The notes under the pieces are model-generated. The model was not told the origin of the DNA and did no database searches. It saw only the letters and a program-made list of their open reading frames with translations. Both the position numbers and the translations under genes were made by a program. Shown in pieces: positions 13,948 to 27,193 of a stretch of 64,000 nt of DNA. Source of the stretch: Macrostomum hystrix (Eukaryota > Animalia > Platyhelminthes). The DNA lies in contig CATNEN010000038.1 in the NCBI GenBank assembly GCA_950097015.1, positions 18,972,001-19,036,000 on the forward strand, given 5' to 3'. The first letter of the stretch is position 1; every line of letters begins with the position of its first letter.

Positions 13948-14250
13948 GAGATTGTAGCCTAGTGGTTAGGGCGTCGGACTTACGACTAGAAGGTCAAGGG
14001 TTCGATTCCCGACTCCACTGGAACAATTTGTGTCCTTTAGCAAGACACTTAACTCTGCATTGCTTCAGTTCACCCAGCTGTTAAATGGGTACCAGCATTA
14101 GCTAAGGTAATTGAGGTGGGTGTAGCGCTCCCCAGTCCATGGACTGAACAGCCGAATGCAGCCTTCAGATGCGCCGCGCAATAGCTGCGGCTGTGCTGTG
14201 CTGTCGGCCGGACATCTAACCCAATTGGGGCAGGTGTAATCAATTGTAAT
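13948..14250 (+). mobile_element. tRNA-derived SINE with CORE-like domain, copy 1
   Basis: A box (TAGCCTAGTGG), B box (GGTTCGATTCC), CORE-like TGTGTCCTTTAGCAAGACACTTAAC...CTGTTAAATGGG. Second copy at 63408. Confidence 0.82.
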
Positions 14251-14399
14251 TATTAATATTGAAACTCTAATTAATCAAAAGCAAGGCAATTAAAGTTGAT
14301 GGAAGTTAACCTATCTTTAATATCAACATGTACCTACTGAAGCATTAGAATTAAATAGCTGAAAAGTCATAACACTAAAATCAAATAAAAAAGACTTAC

Positions 14400-14465
14400 A
14401 ATTCAATTAAATTCTCCAGAACATGCAGATTTCGAGATGACAAATCCACATTTTCACTGATTGTT
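14400..14465 (-). CDS. LRIG: LRIG-like exon 2
   Basis: TISENVDLSSRNLHVLENLIE(L). 66 nt, pyrimidine tract plus TAG acceptor, GTAAGT donor, phase 2/2. Confidence 0.85.
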
Positions 14466-15570
14466 CTAAAATAAGAAGTAAGGTAAAATATAAGACAAAT
14501 AAAAAGTAATCCTGATGATTTACCTTGAGGCTGTAAATGGAAACATTTCAATAATAGATAATAAAATAATATTAGACTGGACATTTCTTGTCTAACTTAG
14601 TCATGAAAGCTTTTATAATATTTTTTATTTAGCAAGCATTTTAGAAGTTATCAAAGGATTTAGAGGATAAAAATATTAAGGTCCACTGGCACAACCAGGG
14701 CCAAGGGTGTAGCATTAGGCTTCCTGAACTTAAATCCTATAAAATACTTAATGTTTTCCAATTGACTTGAAACCTCACCTATTGTCTAGTGGGTCTATGA
14801 ATTTGTCATCATTTGTCATCATTGTCATGGTGTCTGTTCCATATATATTTGGATATGCACAAAAGTCCTTACGTAGTATCAACCTTTAATAGCTTCCCAT
14901 GCCTCTATTGACATTTAATCCTATTTATTTTGCACATGGATTTATCTGACCCAAAACATTTTAATCACTATGTCACTACTTAGGATAGCATTCTTATATA
15001 TTGGGGTCCCTACAAAAGCCTCAGGCTAAAGGCCACCCAATAGTAAATATGAGTAATCTCCAATAAGTACAATTGACTATATTGAAGTTTAATCCTATTT
15101 ACTTGCCATTCTCCAACAAAAAACGTTTACTTTCAATTCCTAATCCCTTATATGCCACAAAGTGTAGTCTTCTTATGACAACAGAAATTGGTTATAGATA
15201 AAACAAAAGGGTTTTGTGTTTTAAACTTAGCACCTGCAAGAAACATTTATAGGCACAGATTTATGTTGTTTCTTTATTATTATTATTAGTATTAGAACAT
15301 TATTATTAGTAGCCTAACTATAAACTCAAACATTTCTAGAACGAAAAACAAACACAAAATACAAAAATAACAATAACAAAGCAATAATATAGCCTAGCTA
15401 GGCCCCAAGCTACTTTTAAGTTTTAACAGTACTGCATTATGACCAATACACTAGCAGCACTGAGGCTAATGACAACATTGTAATTGCTTAACTTTAGCAT
15501 GTTTATATAGGCCCGATACAATTTATACAAGGATAACCATATCCAGAAAGAAATGTTGACTTTTTCTTAC

Positions 15571-15839
15571 AAGTGCTGAACATTTTGAGGTAATCTGGAT
15601 GATGACAGCAGTTCAACCAGAGTTTTTTGATCGGCCTTGTTGCTTGACGATGTTCCTGTACAAGTTGCATGGAGGCCCAGTATGTAGCAGGTGTTTTCGT
15701 CATTCAGAGACCTCAACCGCCGTCGTAATATAGACAGGGAGCCTTCTTTTGCAACCGTCACTGCCCCCGACGTTGCAAAGGAAAGCGCTGCACCAATGCA
15801 GCCCAGCACTAAAGTGGCCCACAGACCACTAAAGCGCAT
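15571..15839 (-). CDS. LRIG: LRIG-like exon 1: signal peptide plus LRRNT-like cap
   Basis: MRFSGLWATLVLGCIGAALSFA signal peptide, Cys pair, LPQNVQHL. GTAAG donor 15570-15566, upstream CAG acceptor at 15870-15868. Confidence 0.85.
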
Positions 15840-16879
15840 TATGCGGACGTCTTAATCAATCAATAACCTGCAGTTATTGATAGAAAAAAAATTAAATATT
15901 AATCTGCTTAATCATTCTGCATGCAGCATGTGCTGGTTGACATGCTACAACTTTACACGTTGATTGCTGCAGCTTAGCTGACAGGCGATAATGCCTCAAG
16001 CCTGATTACGTATTTGAATCTGAACCTAGTAAAATTTATCAGTTGTAACGAAACACTACATTTCGCATTTCAGAACAAGGAAAACGCCAGACTGTTAAAA
16101 GATGGCATAGTGCAAAATAGCACTGCACAATTAAATATTTTCTCTTTCATTCAAAGAAATGATCTATCAACGCTTTTAAATACTCGCAAAATAACTTTAG
16201 CGTAAACAAACAAAAAAGACTTTAATTTGAAAGAAAAACCATTACTTCAAAGTAAAGACTCGAAATTATTTTTTACAGAATATGTTCTGTATTTAAGGTC
16301 TTAGAAAGTCAAACGTTTCACGATTTATGACGACTTATATATTTAGGATTACTCAGTAATTGAACTCCTTTGAATATATGCTATAATGATTATAAACTAA
16401 CGAAGTCACTAGGTGTAAAATATTTACTTTCATTGGTTCTTGCGTTATAGGCTTATAGCACAAAATCCCTGCTTATATACATGTGTGCTTCTAGCTTTTA
16501 TTTAGATTATTATAGTTTTTATAAAATCCAACAATTGGGCTACAGTTTTTGTTGGTGCCAAATTATCTGGGTAAAGTGCACACATTAGTATTTTTTCGAT
16601 ATATTTCCTTGTTTTTATAATACCTCGTACTTTCTATTCTTTCTACTTCATCCTATTGACTTAAATATAGAATTAAATATCTTAGTACTTTCTTATTGAG
16701 AGCTATATTGCTACAAAAGAGAAGCAACATGCAGATATTGGCCCTTCTAATGCATGGTATCCCATGCTGCTGCATGCCCACGCAGCTCATTGAGCTGCTG
16801 CCCCAAGCAAAGCCTTGGGGAAGAGGGAAATCCGTGTGGAACAGCCCGGGCAGAGGTCTCGCGGCAAAGGGAGATCGAA

Positions 16880-17640
16880 GCTGCATGGGCATGGCGGCCG
16901 GGGAGAAGGCAAGGACAAAACAGAAGTATAGTACGCGCCGAGTAGTTATATAGAGTAACTTTCAGTTGTCCTTGGGAGCAGCTGGCCACTATGCCCCTGC
17001 TCATACCCAGGAGGAGCCCGTGGACACGGCGCGACAGAGCCCATATAATACTCTCCCAGGCCTATAGTCTTCGTACAGAAGCGATCTGGACGCACAAAAG
17101 CTAAGCTGCACGAGGCATTCCGTCGTGCAATAGTCACCGCATCATCGATGTAACTCGACATTGCACTCTTGAGTTTGATCCCATCCGTTATCCTGTTCAT
17201 CCTGCGCTGGAAGGTCCCAGGAGCATTCGATAGTCCGCTTGTGGCATCAAATTATACTCTAAAATTACAGGCCTCGTGACAGTGCGGCAAAATGCCATCA
17301 TGCTTCTGCTCTTCTCTAATTGACACCTGCCTGCAGCTTATCCCGAGTGCAAATCCAAGCAACTGAAGAATTTGCTTCCTCATAGGTTAGAGAAATACGA
17401 CGCACGCTCAGAAATTATAACTTGGCAACGAATTAGGCTATACTGAATTCTCTATTGAATGCTGTAGCCTGTGATCTTTCTTCGGAACAATCACCCATGG
17501 TGTCGAGTACGAGAATTAGCTGGTTAGGGCGGATACGCTGCTTCGCAAACATTTCGTCCAACTGATGATCTATACTACCTGCTCCTGCTGAACGTGTGGG
17601 GGAATCCGGCATGTTGGTATTTGTAGTGCAGTGTCTGACA
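16880..17640 (-). mobile_element. Degenerate Ty3/Gypsy pol (RT) fragment
   Basis: STPWVIVPKKD, LMP.GLSNAPGTFQRRMN and SYIDD motifs, with frameshifts. Confidence 0.85.
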
Positions 17641-19859
17641 CGAGAGACGAGACGTTTTGCTGAATAACAAGTTGAACCCTACTCAGCATAATTCACTTGG
17701 CTATTATTATCGATAAGAGAGCAGATACGATGTGCATGCACAGGATGTTCATTAGTTAATAATAAAGGTTATAGAGAGCGAAATCGACAATATTGGTGGG
17801 GAGTGCGACAGTACTGGCCCTCCTTCAGCAAAATCTCCTGTGTCAAAAGAGTTGCCAATCCCATGTTTATCTCATTCCGAGAAACTTCACTGCTCTATAA
17901 TAATATAGTTTCCTAATTAACTCACTCCCGCTCATCAGCTAAATCTGCCGATAGTGGACCTCTACCAGTCTACTGCATCCAACTGTCTGAAGGAGGCAGA
18001 AACTGACAGACAGTGGCCGATGGTATACTTCAGGGAAATAAGATGTTCATAGAATTTCATAAAGAAACAAATAATTAATTGTCCTGCACATGTTAGGACA
18101 CTAAATTTTATTAGCCAATGCAAGTATTACTAAGAATTGTCGTCCTAAGTTAAAAGTTATAAAATTATTCACGGTATCAAAAAATCGGGAGTGCAACGTA
18201 TTGACGCAAAATCATCAAAAAACGATTCCGGCTGAGCAGAGGAATTATTTGCCTATTAAAAGTGACCTCAATGCGCATTACAAAAAGATATTTTAAAAAA
18301 GAAAAGAAATTCGTTGTTTTCGACCGTTTCAAAATTCAATGAAAATTTCTGATTATTACGAAACGGAAACCAACTATCAAGCATTTTATTTATATGAAAT
18401 AATATTATTTAGGCTTGTTCTCACATTATAAAATATCAGTGTCATTTATAATTTACTTTCCTGCCATTCAAATTCGGATTGGCCCGTGTCAAAGCATCCT
18501 TTATAGGTTGCCGCGACAGTAGTAGAACAGCAAGAACTGTTTTTCGTAAAAAAAAGCTTTAAAAGCTATACAATACAGGTGCAGACGTCGATTTGTTTTC
18601 CTTATTGACGTCGGAACAGTAATCTGTGCATTGAGTTATATTTTGTTCATTTTTTAAGTTGCAGGTAACCTGAAGCAATGCGGTATTTTTTACACCGAAA
18701 AAGTGAAATCTGTATACACGAATGGAGTGCAGACTCTTATTATATTGATCAGCAGAATTCTATTTGATCACGAACTAAAAAAATGCTAAAATCAGAGTCG
18801 AATGTTGAGACAAATAGATAAATTAAGTTTTCGAAAGTTATAATTCTTTGCTCTTCTTTAAATGTATGCTTATTGTAAAGGAAATCTACGTGAAAATTTC
18901 TCTCAGAAAGTAGGATTTCATTTTGAATTCTGAACATTATAATAAAACAGGCACTTCTAAAGTAAAATGTATCGCAAATAATTTCTCTAGTCTTTTTCAT
19001 TTTTGATTCAATCCGATAAATCGTCGGCGACCTCGACATTTTTAGTTGAACAAACCATGTACAGAGTGAAGATAAGCGCCACAAACTGAAATTTAGTGGT
19101 TACGATTAAGATTATTTAGTTAAAAAATCCAAAGCATGGGTAATACACCTCAACACCAATTGGTTTGAACGCGCAGAAAATGCTGTTCCGGGGCGTAGCG
19201 GTCGATTATAGCACCCAAAGGTCCACTGATCGAGCTCGAATCCTCAGTGGGGCACATTCATTTGGGGCTTAAACGCATAGAGAAGGCTTGGGGGGGGGGC
19301 AAACCCTCACAGTTTTAGTATGCTCTTATCTGACGATTAAAATTAATCTGTGTGACTTTGTTTCAAAGTCCATGTGCGAAGTCAAAGGCTCAGCAGTCAG
19401 GGGGCAGAATCGCTTCATCGCTGGCTCTAGTAAGTTCACTTTCGCCCTAATGATGTGCTAGTGCCCACCGCTCCCTGCAAATCTTAGTACACCAGAAAGC
19501 AGGCGGGTGTACAACGGGTGCTAGTTGTACATCTTCCCTTCAGAGTTTTCAAGAGCGCTTAATTTTACCTGAGCCGCAAAAAAGACTCCGCAACCCATCA
19601 GAATCCGATTGGCGTAGTGCTCGATGAATTTCAACACGGCGTCAAAGCATCCCTAAAATTGAGCGCCAGCCGGCATCTTGTCTGCTTTCTTGTGTGTTGC
19701 AGGATTTTCAATAAGAAAGGCTCTTTGGTGGAGTTGGTCTGTAGAGTCAAAGAATACTTACATTCTTGTGAACTCCCACTCCAGTGACGGGGCAGTCCAC
19801 GTCTTCCAGATCGTAGTGCAGATATGGCCAGCGAGTTCCTGACAGCACGCCGGACTTCT

Positions 19860-20405
19860 TTGATGCCTGCACTGGGCAGCAAGCTGCCGGAAAAAGCATG
19901 GTAGCAGTCGTGGCATTCTTCATCACCCAGGTGCGGTTGGACTTTTGCCAGCTCTGGCTTAGCCTGGCGTCTTCTGAATTTTTGACACCGCAGCAACCAA
20001 ACTGGAAGGGTCAGATGAGAAAGGAATAAAGCTTGCTACGAGATCATTGCAAAGCTGCAATGCGGTCATTGTGAAGCTTTTACAGCTGAATCTTACGGCG
20101 ACAAAAACGTAGTAATAAATATTGCTGATAGTGCCGGAAGGTTGTCTCCTTCTGCGCATATAATCGTTCACTGACAACAGGTGGTCGTTCTGCATCTCTG
20201 ACAGCTGGTTCTTGGCCAGGGTCACAATTTTATCTGTCTTGAGGAAGGCGAGGACTCCAGCATGTCCTGCATTACGCATCCAGATTCCAGCGCTCAGCAC
20301 TGCCAGGCCAAACAGCAAGGAGATGACGCTGAAGACGGACAGAGTGATGGCAGCTGGCTTGCTTCCACTTGTCGTGGCGTTTTGCTTGCCTGTGAGGGCG
20401 TCCAT
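19860..20405 (-). pseudogene. Tetraspanin-like relic
   Basis: TM1-like LSVFSVISLLFGLAVLSAGIWM is joined directly to TM3/LEL-like AGVLAFLKTDKIV. Stop at 19961, then a Cys-bearing CHDCYHAF in another frame. No intact CCG. Confidence 0.45.
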
Positions 20406-20949
20406 CTGCAGAAGTCAAATATTATGTTCGTGTGAAACAGTAATAATTTGTAAACAATAATTTATTTACGCCTGTTAATGGATTAGACCAGTTGTGCACA
20501 TTTAATGCATAAGTTTTATACATTTTTAACATATAAAAACTAGAAAATTTTGGCAATGAATGAAATACGGCTAGCTAAAACAGGCCCCTGCATTCTACAA
20601 CCTAAACTCCAAGTCTGTCCTTTGTTTTCTCTTGAATGAAGTTGACTCTCAGTGTAGAACACTAGTTAGGTTATTTTTAAAGCATGTAATAGGTCAAGTT
20701 TAATCCGTTTCTTTTTCCTTTAATAAAAAAATTTATAATAATAATTCAATAAATAAATTTCTTTTTTTTACAGAAAATAGAAGATAAATTCACGCCACAG
20801 CTGATATCATTGTGTTTAAATTACAGTATTTTTCACAATATTGTGACGCACATTTGTTAAAAAATCATTTTGTGTATAAGGCGTATAAATGGACGCGAGT
20901 TTCTAGTTCTGTCCACCGCCTTCGCAGCAGTACAGAGAATCAACATTCC

Positions 20950-21240
20950 GATTATTGAAATATTTGGACGGACTGGAAGTGCGACCGAATTCAGAGAATA
21001 ATTTAGAGGCCGAATGCAAGGACGCAAGGAGACAACAGAAGTGTACTCAGAAAGCCTGGTCGAGCTAGCGGATCGTGCATTTCTGAATATCACTCCTGAA
21101 CAGAAGGAAGGAGAACTGGCGGAGCAGTAAATCAAAGGTGCTAAAGTCCCTCCAGAAATCAGAGAGAAATTGATCATTGCGCAGCCCACTAATCTGCAAG
21201 AAGTGAAACGCATCCTCAGAAAAATCGAAGCAGCCTGGAA
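20950..21240 (+). mobile_element. Degenerate Gypsy gag fragment
   Basis: FRGRMQGRKETTEVYSESLVELADRAF...QPTNLQEV retrotransposon gag pattern with in-frame stops. Confidence 0.7.
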
Positions 21241-21877
21241 CATGTCACACTAGAGCACAGTAATGAGAATGGCGAAAGGCGATGAGATTGAGGATCAGCA
21301 GTTCTAGAAAAAACCGTAGCAAATTTAATCCCAGAGACACTCAAGAAGCAGTCCTATCCTAGCTATGTGGGCTGAACATGGTAAGCGATAAGAAGAAATC
21401 GATAAAAAGAATCATGAACAAGTACGAAAAGAAGAATCGTGAAACGATCGCCGAAGAAAGTAGAAAATTAAAAGAAGTACCAGTTGTATGTTTAGCACTG
21501 ATACAGTTAAGTGGAGAATAGTCACAAAATTCACCATTGCTAAATCGAAAGAAATAAGATAATAAATTATGAAGATTACTATAAACTAAAGACACATCTA
21601 TAAACATGTTTTGATCGTCTGCCATGTCAAATATAGTGTAAGAGTCATGCACGTGCAATACCCGGTGAAATGAGGGCCCAGCAAAATAAGTTGCAAAAAT
21701 CAACTGAACAAAGGCGAAAAATCAAAGAGACAAAGAGGGAAAGAAATAGCGCAAAAAGAGATAAAAACAGAGAAAGAGGATAAGGAAGAGAAGGAGAGAG
21801 AATAGAAAGGGAAAACGACAGGGAAGTGCAAGAAAATCAGATAAAAGAAATGTGTCGCAGAGGAGGGAAAATAAAGT

Positions 21878-22018
21878 CGCAGATGAGGGAAAACCAAGTA
21901 GCAGAAGAGGGAGAAGAAGGCGCAGATGAGGGGAAACCAAGTAGCAGAAGAGGGAGAAGAAGGCGCAGATGAGGGGAAACCAAGTAGCAGAAGAGGGAGA
22001 AGAAGGCGCGGATGAGGT
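21878..22018. repeat. ~43-bp purine-rich tandem repeat, 3 copies
   Basis: GCAGATGAGGGGAAACCAAGTAGCAGAAGAGGGAGAAGAAGGC x3. Confidence 0.85.
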
Positions 22019-25000
22019 GATCGAGGGAAATTCTCTGTGCTCCTAAAAAGGAAACACTTTCGTTTCGCAATTTCATTATCTTTTCTGCAAGTTACTTTCT
22101 GTTATGGGTTTATTTACGACTTACATTTATACGAAATTTCTTAGCTCAAATTTTCACATCGCGTCTTGCTCATTTTGCTCTACTACCCTATACTGATTAT
22201 CTTCCTCTTTCTCTTCTACTCTATGATTTCTGCTCCTCTTCTCTCTCTGCTTTTCTTCTCTTTTGAGAGAAAACTACAAGTAATGAGGGGAAAATGAATG
22301 AGAGACAGCGAAGTCGCAGTTAAGCAAAAGCTAAGTCATGAATAAGAAAAAGAAATAATAACCCACAATTTGCTAATTCCCAATAAGTATGAAATAATTT
22401 AAAAGTTAAACACCTAGCAATATTTCTAAACCGAACATTAGCTGTGACAAAAATCTTAAACTCTCTACCCTCCAACTTGCATATTTTACAAAGTTTTGCC
22501 CCTACTCATTTTTGTGACTGAGAAATACTTTCTTATCTGGAGCATTTTAACAAAAGCTGTTGATTAAAACTAAGTGCATTGATGCATTGGAATCTGCTTC
22601 TGAATCAAATCAGTTCAAGTGGCTGGTAAACTAATAGCAAAGGGGTTGTAATTTTGTGATTTTCAATTATGATTTGGGTCAATGTTTAAAATTACATTTT
22701 TTCCTACAAAAACCCTATTACCAAGTGTTGCAAATCATTGCCTTTGCAATTGAAACTGTTTGTAACACCGTCAAAATAACATACACAATGTATATCACAT
22801 GATCACATCTTTTGGTTCAAAACTAAGTTGCACTGCTGGCTGAGATGCTAGAGGTTGCACTCTTTAAATAATCTAGTATCTGCCAATAGTCAGGAAGGAA
22901 GCAAAGTGTACACCAGAATAAATTTTGACCATCAAAAAAGTGTGGTAAGACTAAAAACTAAACACTAAAAACCCCACTTTGTGTGCTATACACCATAATT
23001 CAAGGCCTTTGTTATTGTGCAAATGTGCATAAGACTTTTGCATTGTGGGTTGAAGTTTAACTATATTATGCTTTGATTAGGCCTATGCTAATATGTAAAT
23101 GCCAATGTGCCATAAATATGCACAAATGTCTATAACAAGGTCAGCATGTACTGGAATTTTCTGGCCAAACCAAATAAGAAACATTTAATTCTTGTCTATA
23201 TATTTAGTCTCAAAAATATGCATCAAAGTGTAGAAAAAAATTGTAAGACCCATGCCTAAAAATAAATGTTTTGTCAAAAATTAAGAGAGTAGAAATGCCT
23301 TCTTATACATAATTAACATAATGAAACAGGCGGGTTATTAAAAATACAAAACATCTAGATATTGACTATAAATAAGATAACATTTGTTTCACACAAAAAA
23401 TGTAAAAGAAAAATACTTTGAGGTTAGATTAATTTTTTGTATCTGGATATTTTGCATTTTGAAGGAGCACATCATAAGTCACAAAGAAAAAAGTAATTAG
23501 GCCCTAGCTAAATTTGCATTTAGGCCATCTTTTTATTAGTTTTAATATTTAAGCATAGAACTTATTGGCTTAAGATTTGATTTTTACTATGTGAAATTTA
23601 TATACATTTTTTCTGCCTTTGGGAAACGTTCTACTAGATTTAACAATTCTACCCAAGTTAAATAATGTCTGTATTATTTCTACAACTAAGTTTAATCCAG
23701 CCGTGTAAAGGTTTGTCAGAATCCCGATCTCAGATTAAGCCAGTGCTTATCGCCACTGTACTGTGCTAATGACAAAAAAGCTCCTTATCGGCACAAAGGA
23801 CTAGACAGGACAGATTCTGTATTTTTCTTTTTCTTCTAAATTAATTTAAAAGGGGATTTCAAATAGTAAATCATTAATAGAATACTTAACTTCTGCAATT
23901 TTCAGAGCAGCTTTTTTAAGATTCTGCACTGGAAGCAATAGCTGTCAGTTCTAGCTATACTCTAATTACTCTTAACTCCTCTCGAATTTGAAGTACCGAA
24001 TCAACGCAAACTGTACATTTGCGCGTGTTTCATGCATTGTATACGAAAAATGGTCTAATCAAAAGAAACTTAAATATTTAAACAAAAACTTGTTCGGGAC
24101 AACTTTCATAAACGTTTAATAATTTTAAATAGGATCCTAAATGTAATGCGTATTCGTTTTTATATTTTTTGTCTAGTATTGAAATTATTTAGCGTCTTAG
24201 TAAGCTTAAGCTTAAAATGGAAGTTTTAACAGATGAAATTTAAAACCTACCTGAAAACCCGTTAAATGACCTGGTTTTCAGTTAGTTCCTAATTCAGTTC
24301 CGCGCGACAATAATAAATTTTCTTTGTATGCAAAAGAAAAAAGCGACCTAAAGTTTTAAACTAAAGTTAATGCATTTTTGCAATATAACATCTGAGTAAC
24401 TTATGCACAGAAAATATTCTCTAGCATGAATACCTGCAGCTTCAGTCCACATCCTGAATGCTCAACTGGAGTGATTTCTGTTAAGTATCAACGGAAACCT
24501 ACTGAATGTAAACAGGCTTTAGTCGCCTACTTTGGAATCAAAATGACGTTTCAAAGTGAATGTATTTTTGCAATATAAAATATTTTTTCCTGTCTTCTGA
24601 ATTGCAGTTGACAGTAATTATAATGAAATGTATTCAATAGTTTCGCCACAGGTATTGTAGGACAACGAAGTAAGAGGTGTGAATGTCTTAGGAATAAGAA
24701 TATGATACTTGCTATTTCTCAGCAGTTGCAAAGGAATAAAATAATGTCTATTTAAACAAGATTTATGTCTATGTTTCAATTTAATAAAGGTAGATGGCAT
24801 TGTGCTGTAATGCGGGTTGCTGAATAGTATAGCACAATAAATCGGGGAAACCATTTTTCCTATTGTAAACTGGTAAACTGGGGCCTATTTAGCAGGGTGA
24901 AGTGGATTCTATTTACACAAGTGATGTTTTTATGACAAAAATTTATAGATATAAGATTTTAATGTTGGTAAAGGTAATAATGTTTGAAAGGTCTGAGCTC

Positions 25001-25301
25001 ATGTATACATGGTGAATTTTTTGAGATTTGAGAATTAGTCAAGCATGTAAACATTTAATTGATTGTATTCTTGCATTTATTGCTTTTGTCGCTCTATGTG
25101 GAACAGTGGACATGCAAAACGGAACGGCCCATGAAATTCTGTGGCCAAGCGTTTGAATTCACATGAGAAAGTAAGCCATAGACAACTCAAATTGTCATGC
25201 TATGTGAAACGATGAGCCAGAATAGAAGGAACGATTTTAGTTTTTTTTCAAAGAGACAACAAGACGCTTTCATTTTCTTTCGTTTGATCAGTTAAGCAAT
25301 A

Positions 25302-25869
25302 ATGGCGCCCCAAATTGCTGTACGTGATCGACAGCGCATAGTCGCCGCCTTGCATCGTGGACTGTCGATGAAGGATGTGTCAGTCTTGTTAGGAGTATCC
25401 AAAACTTCTGTTTACCGTATTCGGTCGACATTCGAACGGTTTGGAAGCTTTGCCTCGTGGAGGACGCAAGGAAGCAAAGTGCAAAATGGACGCAGAGATG
25501 CGAATTTTTTTACAACATGAGGTGCAGCGAAATCCCTTTCTAAAGCTAAAGTCAATGGCTGAGAAGCTGATTGGACGCTTTCCTGACAAGCCGCAGGTGA
25601 GCCTTAAAACAATTGATCGAACAATGGATGGTTTGCTCTTAACGGTCAAACTTGCTACCAAGGGAACGGATATTCGCCTAAACACCAACCGAGTTGAAAG
25701 CCTGGACGCCAGATGCGAATACGCTAACTTCATGCTCCACTTAGTTCCAGGAGTTCACACTGTCTACTTAGATGAGACCGGTTTTAACTTGTGGACCCGG
25801 AGGTCGCAGGGTAGGTCGGCTCGTGGACACCCAGTGGAGCGCACGGTGACAACCCAGAGGGGTCCTACC
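25302..25869 (+). pseudogene. IS630/Tc1-type transposase (outer), frameshifted and truncated
   Basis: HTH region, PRGG, VYLDETGFNLWTRRSQGRS first catalytic Asp. Frameshift near 25445; the rest of the DDE domain is missing. Confidence 0.9.
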
Positions 25870-26041
25870 GTAAGTGCGTTGGTTGGGACCTGCGCTGCAA
25901 TCGATTGTTTGGATTGTGTTTGCAGCGACACCTGTTTTTGAGGTTGACATTTTTTTAGTTTGATGCTTCAAACACAGACTTAAAATAAAATTCATTTGAA
26001 TGCAACTCAGAAAAATGTTTCGTTTCTGCTTGTTTTTATTA

Positions 26042-27193
26042 TACCTTTTGTCAATTGATTTCGCAAAAAAGCCAATTGATTTCCCCATTAGCTGAAGTCG
26101 AAAGCGAGGGCCCAACCAGCCTTCTCGAACATAGATAAGTCCAAATGAATTCCCTTAAGTCCAATTGATTTCCCTCAATTCAACGTGTTTTAAGCATACT
26201 TTCCGGGGAAATCGATTGGAGTTGTTTCATTCTGTTGTCTGTGGTCGAAATCGAGGATTCATAGTTAGTCTTTGCCTACAGCGCAAATCTGGCATGTACA
26301 AGAGAAAAGAGGTCATCAACCTATGTAACAAATGAAACAAAGTAACAAATAGTGAACAACAATGTGCACGGCGGGCTCGCCCATCCTTGCCCAGCCTTGC
26401 GTTCTGGCGGTCCATACATTGAAGCCAAACTCATCCAGAAAGATGCAGTGCTGTCCGTTTCCTTCGTTTAGCATCCAACTGGCATGCTGGAAGCGAGCTT
26501 CTTTGGTGATGTTCGAATTCCAATCGTCCGTGACAGTACGAAGCTTTTTTTAACGTAATTAGCTGCTTGTCCAGTGCACGACTGATAGTCTTCAGGCCAA
26601 TGGTCTCCAATGCAGGCCACCGCACTGAAAGACCACTGCGCATCATTTGCAGAGTGCAGGTGGGATTTTGTTCGACTATTGTTATCAGGTGCTCCGTCAT
26701 TTCCTCATTCAGATGTTTCTTTCGATTGCCACCCTTGGCCAGACTATGATCTCTTCCGTCTCTTTCAAATAACTCAATGATGGACCTGGCGGTTCTGGGT
26801 TTAATCTGCAATTGTCTCGCCAGGAGCCTCCAGTCTTCACCTCGGACATACGATTGAGCGATTCTCTGTCGGTCCTTCTCCAATACTGTAGTGTAGTGCC
26901 CGCGCAGCATAGTGGTTGATGACCTCTTTTCTCTTGTACATGCCAGATTTGCGCTGCAGGCAAAGGCTAACTATGAATCCTCGATTTCGACCACAGACAA
27001 CAGAATGAAACAACTCCAATCGATTTCCCCGGAGAGTATGCTTAAAAGACATTGAATTGAGGGAAATCAATTGGACTTAAGGGAATTCATTTGGACTTAT
27101 CTATGGTCGAGAAGGCTGGTTGGGCCCTCGCTTTCGACTTCAGCTAATGGGGAAATCAATTGGCTTTTTTGCGAAATCAATTGACAAAAGGTA
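26042..27193 (-). mobile_element. IS630/Tc1-type DNA transposon (inner, nested)
   Basis: ~280-bp near-perfect TIRs (26042-26321 / 26914-27193) with TA flanks, TACCTTTTGTC...GACAAAAGGTA. Confidence 0.95.
26350..26910 (-). pseudogene. IS630/Tc1-type transposase (inner), frameshifted and truncated
   Basis: HTH, KGGNR, ITLKK. After one extra A it continues ...HCIFLDEFGFNVWTARTQGWARMGEPA and then stops short. Confidence 0.9.

Noticed and set aside
14650-15250. Possible decayed LINE 3' fragment
   Set aside because: Too degenerate; no convincing motif.
17905-17940. CTGATGA...GAAAC on the minus strand, a hammerhead-like core
   Set aside because: No stem II pairing between the motifs; other CTGANGA hits checked (12598, 28059) also lack it.
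19185-19260. tRNA/SINE-like fragments (also ~13040-13200 and ~42915-43130)
   Set aside because: Only short matches; boundaries and family cannot be supported.
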